Shown: positions 21,011 to 31,220 of the stretch, in pieces | Layout: every line of letters starts with the position of its first letter | Position numbering within the stretch: position 1 is the first letter of the stretch | From: a bacterium | Lineage (GTDB): Bacteria; JAHJDO01 | Direction of reading: 5' to 3' | DNA: 64,000 nucleotides | Assembly (NCBI GenBank): GCA_043824255.1 | Contig: JBDRTG010000029.1 | Location: forward strand, 1-64,000 | Program-made: the position numbers and the translations under genes | Notes under the pieces: generated by a model | Database searches by the model: none | Told to the model about the DNA's origin: nothing | The model's input: the letters and a program-made list of their open reading frames with translations, nothing else

Positions 21011-21113
21011 TTCACATAACATACCTTATCTTTTTCCCTAGAGAGTGGGTCTTGATGTTCCTGTTGATTCCCAAACTCCAGTCATTTAGAGCTTGATTTG
21101 TTTAGTAAAATAT

Positions 21114-21129
21114 CCTACAATTATGTAGG
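21114..21129. promoter_or_regulatory. Palindrome CCTACAATTATGTAGG (TAC-N6-GTA), likely autoregulatory site
   Basis: 21 bp upstream of activator start; same core as 22734 and 22764 sites. Confidence 0.65.
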
Positions 21130-21150
21130 TATTGGATAAAGAGAAAGACT

Positions 21151-22710
21151 ATGGAGACTAAAAGAAAACGTCCAGAAGTAAGGCGGAAGGTAAAAGAGTT
21201 ATCCCTGCTCTTTGAAATCAGCCAGATACTTGATCGCAGCATGGATCTTAGAGATGTGGTGAATCCGGTGTTAAAATCTTTAGCTGAGCATATGGGAATG
21301 TCGCGAGGAACGCTTACTCTCTTAAATAGGGACACAGAGGAGATAGGCATAGAAGCTGCTTATGGGCTTTCAATAAGCCAAAAGGAAAAAGGTAGATACA
21401 AACTTGGTGAAGGAATTACAGGAAAAGTGGTACAAACAGGAAGGCCTGCAGTAGTTCCGCGAATCTCTGAGAATCCACTATTTTTAAACAAGACTGGCGC
21501 TAGGAAATTGCTGCGTAAAAAGGATATTTCATTTATCTGTGTGCCGATTAAACTGGGCAATGAAGTAATAGGCGCGCTAAGCGCTGACCAGCTATTCAAT
21601 AACACTATATCTTCTGAAGAGGATGTACGGCTCCTCTCTATTATTGCTTCAATGATTGCTCAAGCTGTTCGACTCAGGCAGTCTATTCAAGAAGAGCGTG
21701 AACGGTTAGTTGAAGAAAATCTCCGTCTTCAGAATGAGCTTAAGACCCGTTTTTGCCCCTCTAATATTATTGGAAGAGCAAAATCCATGCAATCGGTCTA
21801 TGATCTTATTGCTCAGATATCAAACACAGATACCACTGTTTTAATCTGTGGGGAAAGCGGTACTGGCAAAGAGCTTGTTGCGCAGGCAATACACTATAAC
21901 AGCCTTCGCGCTAATGAGCCGTTTATAAAGGTCAATTGTTCATCATTGCCTGAGACACTAATTGAAAGTGAACTGTTTGGGCATGAAAAGGGAGCATTTA
22001 CCGGCGCAATCAGTATGAAAAAGGGAAGGTTTGAACTTGCAAACAACGGAAACATGTTCTTGGATGAAGTTGGAGACCTATCTCCTGCCATCCAAATAAA
22101 GCTTCTAAGAGTGCTTCAGGAAAAGGAATTTGAGCGGGTAGGTGGAACCAGACCTGTTAAAATCAATGTCCGAATTATTACAGCTACGAACAAAAACCTG
22201 GAACAATTAATTAAACAAGGCAAATTCAGAGAAGATCTCTATTATCGCTTAAATGTATTCCCTATCCATATACCGCCTCTGAGAGAGCGCAAAACAGATA
22301 TCATACTTCTGTCAAACTTTTTTGCAGAAAAATACAGTAAAATTCACAATAAACCAATAGAACGCATATCACCACAGGCACTTGATATGCTTGTAAATTA
22401 TAGATGGCCCGGCAATGTAAGAGAGCTTGAAAATTACATTGAACGTGCGGTTTTACTCAGCAGGGATGAGGTAATTCACGTGTATCATCTGCCACCCAGT
22501 CTTCAGCCATACAAACTCAATGCAAAGGAGAATAGCACGTTGCAGGCTATTCTAGACAATGTGGAAAGAGAGCTGATACTAGATACACTTCACAGTACAA
22601 GAGGAAATATGGCGAAGTCTTCCCGCATGCTTGGAATTACTGAAAGGCTCATGGGACTCAGGGTAAGAAAACACGCAATTGATATCAAACAATTTCGTTT
22701 CCATTCATAA
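21151..22710 (+). CDS. NifA/AnfA/VnfA-type sigma54 activator (GAF-AAA+-HTH)
   Basis: GEGITGKV GAF, GESGTGKE, GAFTGA, WPGNVREL, C-terminal HTH. Confidence 0.9.
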   Translation: METKRKRPEVRRKVKELSLLFEISQILDRSMDLRDVVNPVLKSLAEHMGMSRGTLTLLNRDTEEIGIEAAYGLSISQKEKGRYKLGEGITGKVVQTGRPAVVPRISENPLFLNKTGARKLLRKKDISFICVPIKLGNEVIGALSADQLFNNTISSEEDVRLLSIIASMIAQAVRLRQSIQEERERLVEENLRLQNELKTRFCPSNIIGRAKSMQSVYDLIAQISNTDTTVLICGESGTGKELVAQAIHYNSLRANEPFIKVNCSSLPETLIESELFGHEKGAFTGAISMKKGRFELANNGNMFLDEVGDLSPAIQIKLLRVLQEKEFERVGGTRPVKINVRIITATNKNLEQLIKQGKFREDLYYRLNVFPIHIPPLRERKTDIILLSNFFAEKYSKIHNKPIERISPQALDMLVNYRWPGNVRELENYIERAVLLSRDEVIHVYHLPPSLQPYKLNAKENSTLQAILDNVERELILDTLHSTRGNMAKSSRMLGITERLMGLRVRKHAIDIKQFRFHS

Positions 22711-22733
22711 GCTTTAATATCTCCCATTCAAAT

Positions 22734-22779
22734 CCTACCAATGTGTATGACACTCAATAAAAAGATACAATATCGTAGG
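22734..22779 (+). promoter_or_regulatory. Tandem upstream activator sites TAC-N6-GTA
   Basis: CCTACCAATGTGTATG (22734) and GATACAATATCGTAGG (22764), 30 bp apart. Confidence 0.7.
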
Positions 22780-22910
22780 ATATTGCAATGCGACTTTTTT
22801 AATATCTAATTAGATATATGATTTCAGATCCTGCAACTTAAAATTCTTTATATCATTATCACTATCCTGCGGTATGTAATGCAAACATTTAATTCATTCT
22901 TCTTAAGACT

Positions 22911-22925
22911 TGGCATACTATTTGC
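22911..22925 (+). promoter_or_regulatory. Sigma54 -24/-12 promoter
   Basis: TGGCATACTATTTGC: GG-N10-GC; AAGGAGG RBS and glnA follow. Confidence 0.85.
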
Positions 22926-22968
22926 TTTTAAACAATGATAAAGACAAACCAATAAGGAGGTATAAAAC

Positions 22969-24300
22969 ATGGCTAAAAAGACTAAAGAAGATGTGCTAAA
23001 AATTGTTAAGGATCAGGATGTAAAGTTTATCAGGTTATGGTTTACCGATATTCTGGGGCAGGTAAAGAGCTTTGCGATTACTGACAGTGAGTTGAAAGGC
23101 GCATTAGAAAAGGGTATGGGCTTTGATGGTTCATCTATTACCGGTTATCAGGATATTGAGGAATCAGACATGATCGCTATGCCTGACCCTGATACATTTG
23201 TTATTCTTCCATGGAGACCTGAGGAGAAGAAGGTTGCAAGAATGATCTGTGATGTACTTAATCCTGATAGAACTTCTTATGAAGGGGATCCGCGCTATGT
23301 GTTGAAGAAAGCTCTTGCGAGAGCGGATAAGATGGGATTTGATCACTTCTATTTAGGCCCTGAGCTCGAATATTTCTATTTTAAGAATGATCAGGGTACG
23401 GAGATACTTGATAAAGGAGGCTATTTTGATCTTACTACTCTTGATGTTGCAAGCGACCTAAGACGGGAAACGGTTCTTGCTCTGGAAAAAATGGGTATGC
23501 GCATAGAATATTCTCATCATGAAGTTGCCCCGTCGCAGCACGAGATAGATATGAAGTATGCCGATGCTCTGAAAATGGCTGATGATGTATTAACATATAG
23601 AATTGTAGTTAAGGAGATTGCCAGCAAGTTTGGAGTATACGCTACATTTATGCCAAAGCCAATATTCGGTGAAAACGGCTCTGGGATGCATACTCACCAG
23701 TCATTGTTTAAAGGAAATAGAAACGCTTTCTTTGATCCAAAGACAGAGGACAATCTTTCAAAGACTGCTCATAGCTATATTGCAGGTCTCCTGAGACACT
23801 CAAAAGAGATATGTTCAATATTCGCTCAAACAACTAACTCCTATAAGAGATTAGTTCCAGGTTATGAAGCGCCTGTTTATATAGCGTGGAGCAGAAGGAA
23901 CAGAAGCGCTCTTGTACGAGTGCCGCTTTATCATCCGGGGGATGAAAACGCAACACGCTGTGAGTTTAGAGCGTGCGACCCTGTATGTAATCCGTATCTC
24001 ACCTTTGCTGCAATGCTTCAAGCTGGTTTGGACGGTATAGAGAAAGGATACAAAGTACCTAAGCCTATGGAACAGAATCTATATCATCTCACAGATTCTG
24101 AGAGGAAAGAAAAAGGCATAGAGACTTTGCCGGATAACCTTGGATATGCTGTAGCTATAACAGAAGAAAGCGAGCTTGTAAAAAGAACTCTTGGAGATCA
24201 TATATTCCAAAGGTTTATTGAGCTTAAGAAAAAAGAGTGGGATAATTACAGGATACAGGTTTCTCAGTATGAACTTGATAAATATCTCTCTATAACTTAA
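22969..24300 (+). CDS. glnA: Glutamine synthetase type I (short alpha-like)
   Basis: FDGSSI, HHEVAPSQHEI, TFMPKP, NGSGMH, SYKRLVPGYEAP. Confidence 0.96.
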   Translation: MAKKTKEDVLKIVKDQDVKFIRLWFTDILGQVKSFAITDSELKGALEKGMGFDGSSITGYQDIEESDMIAMPDPDTFVILPWRPEEKKVARMICDVLNPDRTSYEGDPRYVLKKALARADKMGFDHFYLGPELEYFYFKNDQGTEILDKGGYFDLTTLDVASDLRRETVLALEKMGMRIEYSHHEVAPSQHEIDMKYADALKMADDVLTYRIVVKEIASKFGVYATFMPKPIFGENGSGMHTHQSLFKGNRNAFFDPKTEDNLSKTAHSYIAGLLRHSKEICSIFAQTTNSYKRLVPGYEAPVYIAWSRRNRSALVRVPLYHPGDENATRCEFRACDPVCNPYLTFAAMLQAGLDGIEKGYKVPKPMEQNLYHLTDSERKEKGIETLPDNLGYAVAITEESELVKRTLGDHIFQRFIELKKKEWDNYRIQVSQYELDKYLSIT

Positions 24301-24322
24301 GCCTGAGACGGCAAGGAGAAAC

Positions 24323-25057
24323 ATGGAAAGCGCAGTGTCAAAAAGGATAGTTTTGTGGCTTAGGAAAAAGGTGGAAGAAGCAAGAGCAAAAGGGCTGGTC
24401 TTCGGTCTTAGCGGGGGGATAGATTCTGCTTGTGTAGGAGTACTCTCCAAAATGGCTTTTGAGGATGATTGCATTGGATTGATAATGCCATGTGAAAGCC
24501 ATATAGAAGACGAGAAAATGGCATTGCTGGTTGCAAACAAGTTCTCAATTCCTACAAAAAAGATATCTCTGGATGAATCGTTTAGGGAACTTTTAAAAAT
24601 TTTGCCTCATTCGGGCAATCATATCTCCATAGCAAATATAAAGCCGAGGCTCCGAATGCTTACACTGTATTATTTCGCAAGCAATTATAACTACCTTGTC
24701 GCAGGAACAGACAATAAAACAGAGGCAATGTTAGGTTATTACACCAAATATGGAGACGGCGGAGTAGATATTCTTCCTATCGGAAACCTGTTTAAGAGTC
24801 AGGTGAGAGAACTGGCTCGTGAGTTGGATATACCACGAGAGATTATAGAACGAAAGCCCTCTGCAGGATTGTGGCCGGGTCAGTCCGATGAAGACGAAAT
24901 AGGACTTTCATATGATGAGATGGATACTATTCTAAAAGCAACAGAAACTAATAATACAGATGATATGGACAAAACAAAGCTGGATAAAATAAAGGGAATA
25001 ATATCTAAGTCACAGCATAAACGTGACGCTATTCCTGTATTTAAGCAGGGTGAATAA
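24323..25057 (+). CDS. nadE: NH3-dependent NAD+ synthetase
   Basis: GLSGGIDS, GYYTKYGDG, PSAGLW; no glutaminase domain. Confidence 0.93.
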   Translation: MESAVSKRIVLWLRKKVEEARAKGLVFGLSGGIDSACVGVLSKMAFEDDCIGLIMPCESHIEDEKMALLVANKFSIPTKKISLDESFRELLKILPHSGNHISIANIKPRLRMLTLYYFASNYNYLVAGTDNKTEAMLGYYTKYGDGGVDILPIGNLFKSQVRELARELDIPREIIERKPSAGLWPGQSDEDEIGLSYDEMDTILKATETNNTDDMDKTKLDKIKGIISKSQHKRDAIPVFKQGE

Positions 25058-26145
25058 TGCGGAATAGTAATCAAGAGAAGTTAATCAGCGGATGCAGCGT
25101 TGCTGGCATTATGAACGAATCCGGCAGGAAAATAAGCGGAGAAGCTATTATCCGTTCCATTGCTGTAATGAGAGAGAGAGCAAATGGCCTTGGAGGCGGA
25201 TTTTCAGCTTACGGAATCTATCCTGAGTTAAAAGACTATTTTGTGTTTCATATGATGTATGACGACAAAAAGGCAATGACTGATGCAGAAGAGTATTTAA
25301 AAACTAGTTATAAAGTAATTAAGAGTGAGGCAATTCCTACAATAGAAGATAGGTCAATAAAGAACAGACCTCTTTTATGGCGTTATTTTATTGAGTTAAA
25401 AGACAAAGCAAGGAACTTGTATTATGACTTAACAGAGAAAGATATAGTTGTTAATGATGTTATGAAGATTAATGTGGAAATTGAAGGCGCATTTGTAGCA
25501 TCCAGCGGAAAGAATATGGGAATATTTAAAGGTATAGGCTATCCTGAGGATATAGGCAGGTATTATAAGCTTGAAGAATATAATGCGTATATCTGGATTG
25601 CGCATGGAAGGTTTCCAACTAATTCCGTGGGATGGTGGGGAGGAGCTCATCCTTTTGGTCTGTTAAACTGGTCGGTTGTTCATAATGGAGAAATCTCTTC
25701 ATATGGAATAAACAAGAGATATCTTGAAAATTTCGGATATAGATGCTCACTGTTTACAGACACAGAGGTTATATTGTATTTATTCGACCTTTTGGTACGC
25801 AAGCATGGATTGCCGTTTGATATAGCTTGCAAGATTGTTGACGCGCCGTTGTGGGAGGAGATAGATAGAAATAAGAACGATGATGAAAGAGAATTATTAA
25901 AAACACTGCGCATAATATACTCAAGCGCGCTTATTAATGGTCCTTTTTCAATAATTATCTCAGATGGCAACATAATGATGGGGCTTAATGATAGGATCAA
26001 ACTGCGTCCTCTTGTATCCTTAAAAGACGGCGATACCATTTATATGGCAACAGAAGAATCTGCTATTAGAGAGATATGTAAGAGTAAAAAAGAAATATAT
26101 CATTTAAAATCCAGAGAACCTGTTATTGGGAAATTAAAAAGCTAA
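25057..26145 (+). CDS. Split glutamate synthase, amidotransferase subunit (GltB domain 1)
   Basis: N-terminal Cys (GCSVAG), AHGRFPTN, AHPF, VHNGEISSYG. Confidence 0.88.
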   Translation: MRNSNQEKLISGCSVAGIMNESGRKISGEAIIRSIAVMRERANGLGGGFSAYGIYPELKDYFVFHMMYDDKKAMTDAEEYLKTSYKVIKSEAIPTIEDRSIKNRPLLWRYFIELKDKARNLYYDLTEKDIVVNDVMKINVEIEGAFVASSGKNMGIFKGIGYPEDIGRYYKLEEYNAYIWIAHGRFPTNSVGWWGGAHPFGLLNWSVVHNGEISSYGINKRYLENFGYRCSLFTDTEVILYLFDLLVRKHGLPFDIACKIVDAPLWEEIDRNKNDDERELLKTLRIIYSSALINGPFSIIISDGNIMMGLNDRIKLRPLVSLKDGDTIYMATEESAIREICKSKKEIYHLKSREPVIGKLKS

Positions 26146-26146
26146 C

Positions 26147-27640
26147 ATGGCTAAAAGACCAACTCCAACAGAATTTATTGTAGAAAGAGACAGTGACAAA
26201 TGCATTGCCTGTCAGGTCTGTGTAAGAATGTGTTCAAATGATGTTCATACATACGATGCAGATACAAATACTGTTACCAGCGATAATTCTAAGTGTGTAG
26301 GATGTCATTTTTGCGAGACTTTATGTCCGACAAACGCAATAACAATAAAGAAAAACGAATCCTGTTTTAAGCCAAATGCTAACTGGTCTGCATCTGTAAT
26401 CTCTGACATAACAAAGCAGGCTGAAACGGGCGGTGTAATATTAACAGGTATGGGCTGCGATAAGCCATACACAATATACTGGGACCACATTCTTCTTAAT
26501 GCTGCGCAGGTTACAAATCCGTCTATTGATCCTTTGAGAGAGCCTATGGAACTAAGAAGATATATAGGAGGGAAGCCTGACAAATTCAAAATTGAGACAG
26601 AGTTGCCTCCTCAACTGAAATTAGAAGTACCTATTATGTTTAGCGCTATGTCTTATGGCTCCATAAGTCTTAATACATGCATCTCGCTTGCAAAAGCATC
26701 GCATGAACTTGGAATCTTTTACAATACAGGCGAGGGAGGGCTTCATAAGAGCCTCTATAAATACGGCAAAAATACAGTTATTCAGATTGCTTCCGGAAGG
26801 TTTGGAGTACATCCTGATTATCTTAAAGCTGGTGCTGCTATAGAAATTAAAATAGGTCAGGGTGCAAAGCCGGGAATAGGCGGGCATCTTCCCGGAGAAA
26901 AAGTCAGTGAGGAAATAAGCAAAACCAGAATGATTCCCGAAGGCACAGATGCAATATCTCCGGCACCGCATCATGACATATATTCCATAGAGGATTTAAG
27001 ACAATTGATCTATGCATTAAAAGAGGCTACTGATTACGAAAAACCTGTTGGAGTTAAGATTGCAGCTGTGCATAATATTGTGCCGATTGCATCAGGCATA
27101 GTTCGCGCAGGAGCCGATTATATCGCAATTGACGGAATGAGGGGAGGAACCGGCGCAGCGCCTAAAGTTATCAGGGATAATGTCGGTATTCCAATAGAAT
27201 TTGCTATCGCAGCAGTTGATACGCGTTTGAGAGAAGAGGGAATCAGAACCAATGTTTCTCTTATTGCAGCCGGAGGATTCCGCTCGAGTGGAGACGTTAT
27301 TAAGGCAATAGCTCTTGGAGCAGATGCTGTTTATATTGCAACGTCCGCTTTAATAGCTTTGGGATGCAGCCAGTGTCAGAAATGTTATACAGGTAAGTGT
27401 AATTGGGGTATAGCCACTCAGGATCCTTATCTTACAAAAAGATTGAATCCTGAAATAGGCGTACAAAGATTGAAAAACCTGATAAGGGCATGGTCGCTTG
27501 AAATAAAAGATATGCTTGGAGGCATGGGGATTAATTCAATTGATTCATTATGCGGAAACAGAACACATTTAAGAGGCATCGGGCTTTCGGATAGAGAGCT
27601 TAAAATATTAGGAATAAAATCTGCGGGGGAACCTCAATAA
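26147..27640 (+). CDS. Split glutamate synthase FMN subunit with N-terminal 2x[4Fe-4S]
   Basis: AMSYGS, NTGEGG, EIKIGQGAKPGIGGHLPGEKV, HHDIYSIEDL. Confidence 0.92.
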   Translation: MAKRPTPTEFIVERDSDKCIACQVCVRMCSNDVHTYDADTNTVTSDNSKCVGCHFCETLCPTNAITIKKNESCFKPNANWSASVISDITKQAETGGVILTGMGCDKPYTIYWDHILLNAAQVTNPSIDPLREPMELRRYIGGKPDKFKIETELPPQLKLEVPIMFSAMSYGSISLNTCISLAKASHELGIFYNTGEGGLHKSLYKYGKNTVIQIASGRFGVHPDYLKAGAAIEIKIGQGAKPGIGGHLPGEKVSEEISKTRMIPEGTDAISPAPHHDIYSIEDLRQLIYALKEATDYEKPVGVKIAAVHNIVPIASGIVRAGADYIAIDGMRGGTGAAPKVIRDNVGIPIEFAIAAVDTRLREEGIRTNVSLIAAGGFRSSGDVIKAIALGADAVYIATSALIALGCSQCQKCYTGKCNWGIATQDPYLTKRLNPEIGVQRLKNLIRAWSLEIKDMLGGMGINSIDSLCGNRTHLRGIGLSDRELKILGIKSAGEPQ

Positions 27641-28084
27641 ATGAAAAGAATACGTATTGATGATAAACATTGTATGGGATGCAGGTTATGTGAAGTACAC
27701 TGTATTGTGCAGCATTCAAAGACAAAAAATATTCTAAAAACATATACGGGAGAATATCCAAAACCTGCGTCAAGAATTCTTTTGGAGAAGAAAGGTTACG
27801 TCACATTTGCTCTCCAATGCAGACACTGTGAGGATGCGCCATGTCTGGATGCATGTATGAGCGGAGCAATGTATCGGGATAAAGAAACAGGAGCTGTCTT
27901 ATGCGATGAGGATAAGTGCGTTGGCTGCTGGATGTGTATAATGGTTTGTCCTTTTGGTGTTATAGATAGAAGTTCAGACAGGAAGATAGCTTCCAAATGT
28001 GATTTGTGTATGGGAGAAGATATGCCTGTATGCGTTAAAAACTGTCCAAATGAGGCATTAAAATATGAAGACCTTAAAGACTAA
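27641..28084 (+). CDS. 4Fe-4S dicluster (CooF/HydN-like) electron-transfer protein
   Basis: Four Cys clusters of the CxxCxxC type. Confidence 0.88.
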   Translation: MKRIRIDDKHCMGCRLCEVHCIVQHSKTKNILKTYTGEYPKPASRILLEKKGYVTFALQCRHCEDAPCLDACMSGAMYRDKETGAVLCDEDKCVGCWMCIMVCPFGVIDRSSDRKIASKCDLCMGEDMPVCVKNCPNEALKYEDLKD

Positions 28085-29354
28085 ATATCTCATAATGGGT
28101 AATTCAGCTGCCGGAATTGCCGGCATTGAAGGAATAAGGAAAATTGATAAAACAGGTTCTATAACTGTTATATCTGATGAAAATATATTTAATTATTCAA
28201 AACCCTTAATTTCGTATCTTCTTAGCAATAAAGTAAAAAAGAAAGATATGTTTTTTAGAAGCAGGGATTTTTACGGTGAAAATAAAGTAAATCTTATTCT
28301 GGATAAAAGGGCAAACAAGCTTGATGTTAAAAGAAAAATAGTCTATTTCGCAAATAACCAATCAATTGAATTTGATAAACTCCTTATTGCGACAGGTGGA
28401 ATCCCTATTATCTCCAAAATAAAAGGAAGTAATTTGGATGGAGTTTTTGCTTTTACAACATTAAGCAATGCTGTTTCCATCAAAGAATATATAAAGAACC
28501 ATTCCGTGAAAGACGCGGTTGTTATTGGAGGTGGATTAATCGGGCTGAAGACAGTGGAAGCTCTTATTGAGCTTGGCATAAAAGTTAGCATTGTTGAGCT
28601 TGCAGATAGAATATTAAGTACAACGTTTGACATTAAAGCTTCAGAGATCATACAAAAAGCGTTAAAAAAGACAAGCTGTAGTATTTTTAGAAATAATACA
28701 GTTGTAGAAATTCTATCCAAAAACGGGATAAAGTCACTTACTCTAAAAAGTCATGAAAAAATTTCGGCTGATCTGATTATTACAGCAATCGGGGTAAGAC
28801 CAAATATACAGTTGGTGAAGAATACCTCAATTATTACAAATAGGGGGATTTTAGTTGATGAGACTATGCAGACAAATGTTAAGGATATTTATGCTGCAGG
28901 GGATGTGTGTGAATCCGACACTCTGCTGGATGAATGTAAAAAAAATATTCCAATATGGCCTAACGCTTTTAAACAGGGAAGGATTGCCGGAGAGAATATG
29001 GCTGGAGGAAACACAATCTATTTAGGCGGTGTTGCTATGAACTCTGTTGAGCTGTGTGGAATTTCTACTATATCCATTGGGAAAACCTCTTTAGGACAGA
29101 ATAAATATGAAATCTTAGAGATGCACAAAAAAGAGGAATCAATATACAAAAAAATTGTGCTGGAAAATAATCATATTGTTGGCTGTATTTTTATAGGAAA
29201 TATTGAACGCGCTGGAATATATACGGGGCTAATAATGAATAAGATAGATATTTCTGATATTAAAGATAGGCTTCTTGAAGATGATTTTGGCGTTCTTGCC
29301 CTGCCTGGAAAATACAGAAAGCATCTAGTTGGAGATGTAGGATTAGAAGTATGA
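28065..29354 (+). CDS. FAD/NAD(P)H oxidoreductase, probable GOGAT electron donor
   Basis: GNSAAG, LIATG, IGGGLIG, IYAAGD. Confidence 0.85.
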   Translation: MKTLKTKYLIMGNSAAGIAGIEGIRKIDKTGSITVISDENIFNYSKPLISYLLSNKVKKKDMFFRSRDFYGENKVNLILDKRANKLDVKRKIVYFANNQSIEFDKLLIATGGIPIISKIKGSNLDGVFAFTTLSNAVSIKEYIKNHSVKDAVVIGGGLIGLKTVEALIELGIKVSIVELADRILSTTFDIKASEIIQKALKKTSCSIFRNNTVVEILSKNGIKSLTLKSHEKISADLIITAIGVRPNIQLVKNTSIITNRGILVDETMQTNVKDIYAAGDVCESDTLLDECKKNIPIWPNAFKQGRIAGENMAGGNTIYLGGVAMNSVELCGISTISIGKTSLGQNKYEILEMHKKEESIYKKIVLENNHIVGCIFIGNIERAGIYTGLIMNKIDISDIKDRLLEDDFGVLALPGKYRKHLVGDVGLEV

Positions 29355-30106
29355 ATAATAGATTGAAAACTAAAATAATAAATGCAAAAGGTTTGGGTTA
29401 TAGAGAGTTAAACAGACTCATTAAGAATGCTGTAACCAAAGGCGTAAAAAGCATTTATTTAACCAACGTTAATGGTCAGCGCTATATAGGCACAGGCATT
29501 AATAAAAAGATAAGTATCAACATAGATGGAGTTCCAGGGAATGATCTTGGAGCTTTTATGGATGGATGCTCAATAAATGTGGCTGGTAATGGTGAGGATG
29601 GAATTGGCAATACAATGAATAGCGGAAGAATTATTATTAACGGCGACGCTGGTGATATTATCGGTTATTCTATGAGATCCGGGGAAATTTTCATAAAGGG
29701 AAATGTTGGATATCGTGTAGGAATACATATGAAGTCTTATAAAAAAATGTATCCTGTTATCATTATAGGCGAATGCGCCAGAGATTTTCTTGGTGAGTAT
29801 ATGGCTGGTGGATTATTGATAGTATTGGGATTAAACAGAAAAAGCAAGAATCCAATTGTAGGAAGCTACTGTGGAACAGGCATGCATGGAGGGAAAATTT
29901 TTATACGCGGGAATGTGGAACCATGGCAGTTGGGAAAAGAAGTTAAGGTATATGAGCCAAACCAAGATGATCTTATCCTGATAGGAAAATATCTAAGGAT
30001 ATATTGTAAATTATTTTCGCTTGATTTTAATAGTATTACGAAAACCCCTTTTACAAAACTACTCCCAGGTTCCTCACGTCCATATGGTAAGTTGTATGCG
30101 TATTAA
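29351..30106 (+). CDS. Split glutamate synthase GXGXG subunit (GltB domain 3)
   Basis: NGQRYIG, GNDLGAFM, FLGEYMAGG, GTGMHGG. Confidence 0.88.
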   Translation: MNNRLKTKIINAKGLGYRELNRLIKNAVTKGVKSIYLTNVNGQRYIGTGINKKISINIDGVPGNDLGAFMDGCSINVAGNGEDGIGNTMNSGRIIINGDAGDIIGYSMRSGEIFIKGNVGYRVGIHMKSYKKMYPVIIIGECARDFLGEYMAGGLLIVLGLNRKSKNPIVGSYCGTGMHGGKIFIRGNVEPWQLGKEVKVYEPNQDDLILIGKYLRIYCKLFSLDFNSITKTPFTKLLPGSSRPYGKLYAY

Positions 30107-30128
30107 TAATGTGATACAATTTTATCCC

Positions 30129-31217
30129 GTGAAAGCCTTGATTGCTTTAGAAGACGGGACAGTTTTTAAAGGGGTTTCCTTCGGCGCATGCGGCGAACGG
30201 TACGGTGAAGTAGTCTTCAATACAAGCATGACAGGCTATCAGGAAATCCTCACAGATCCTTCCTATAAAGGTCAGATTGTTACTATGACCTATCCATTGA
30301 TCGGCAATTATGGCGTAAATCCGGATGACGCAGAATCAAAGAGACCATGGGTAGAAGGTCTTATTGTTAAGGAATGCAGCAAAATTGCAAGTAACTGGCG
30401 ATCGCATAAAAGTTTAGACGAGTATCTTAAGGAAAATAATATCATTGGAATAGAAGGGATAGATACGCGAGCTCTTACAAGGCATATAAGATTAAAGGGC
30501 GCAATGCGGGCAGTTATTTCTACTGAAGATGTTGACGCAAAAAAAATAATCAAAAAAGCCAAAGATTCTCCGGGACTGATTGGCAGAGACTTAGTTAAAG
30601 AGGTAACCTCTGAAGAAATTCAATATTGGAATAATAAAGGCAAATACAAAGTAGTAGTAATTGATTGCGGAGTAAAATTTAATATACTGCGAATGCTTGA
30701 AGAATGCGAATGTCAGGTCATTGTTGTCCCTGCAAAAACAGAAGCGGAACAAATTCTAAACATGAAACCGGACGGAATATTGCTTTCCAATGGTCCGGGC
30801 GATCCGGCAGGTGTGCCGTACGTAGTGGAAACAGTGAAAAGATTGTTAGGGAAATTACCAATATTTGGAATCTGTTTAGGACATCAGATGCTGGGATTAG
30901 CTTTGGGTGGGAAGACTTACAAGCTTAAATTCGGTCATCATGGGGGAAATCATCCTGTTAAGGATTTAAAAACGAAAAAGGTAGCCATTACTGCTCAAAA
31001 TCATGGCTTCTGTGTGGATATAGATTCTTTGAATAAGGCGGATATAGAAATTACACATGTTAATCTTAATGACAATACGCTGGAAGGAATGAAGCACAAG
31101 AATCTGCCCATATTCTCAGTGCAATTTCATCCTGAGGCCTCTCCTGGCCCGCACGACGCAAAATGTTTGTTTAATGAGTTTGCAATAATGATAAATAAAA
31201 ACCGAAGAGTGCACTAA
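30129..31217 (+). CDS. carA: Carbamoyl-phosphate synthase small subunit
   Basis: FNTSMTGYQE, GICLGHQ, FHPEASPGP; start GTG 30129 or 30111. Confidence 0.96.
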   Translation: MKALIALEDGTVFKGVSFGACGERYGEVVFNTSMTGYQEILTDPSYKGQIVTMTYPLIGNYGVNPDDAESKRPWVEGLIVKECSKIASNWRSHKSLDEYLKENNIIGIEGIDTRALTRHIRLKGAMRAVISTEDVDAKKIIKKAKDSPGLIGRDLVKEVTSEEIQYWNNKGKYKVVVIDCGVKFNILRMLEECECQVIVVPAKTEAEQILNMKPDGILLSNGPGDPAGVPYVVETVKRLLGKLPIFGICLGHQMLGLALGGKTYKLKFGHHGGNHPVKDLKTKKVAITAQNHGFCVDIDSLNKADIEITHVNLNDNTLEGMKHKNLPIFSVQFHPEASPGPHDAKCLFNEFAIMINKNRRVH

Positions 31218-31220
31218 ATT

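Noticed and set aside
21151..22710. Calling the activator nifA / nitrogen fixation
   Set aside because: No nitrogenase genes in the window; candidate sites are TAC-N6-GTA rather than TGT-N10-ACA
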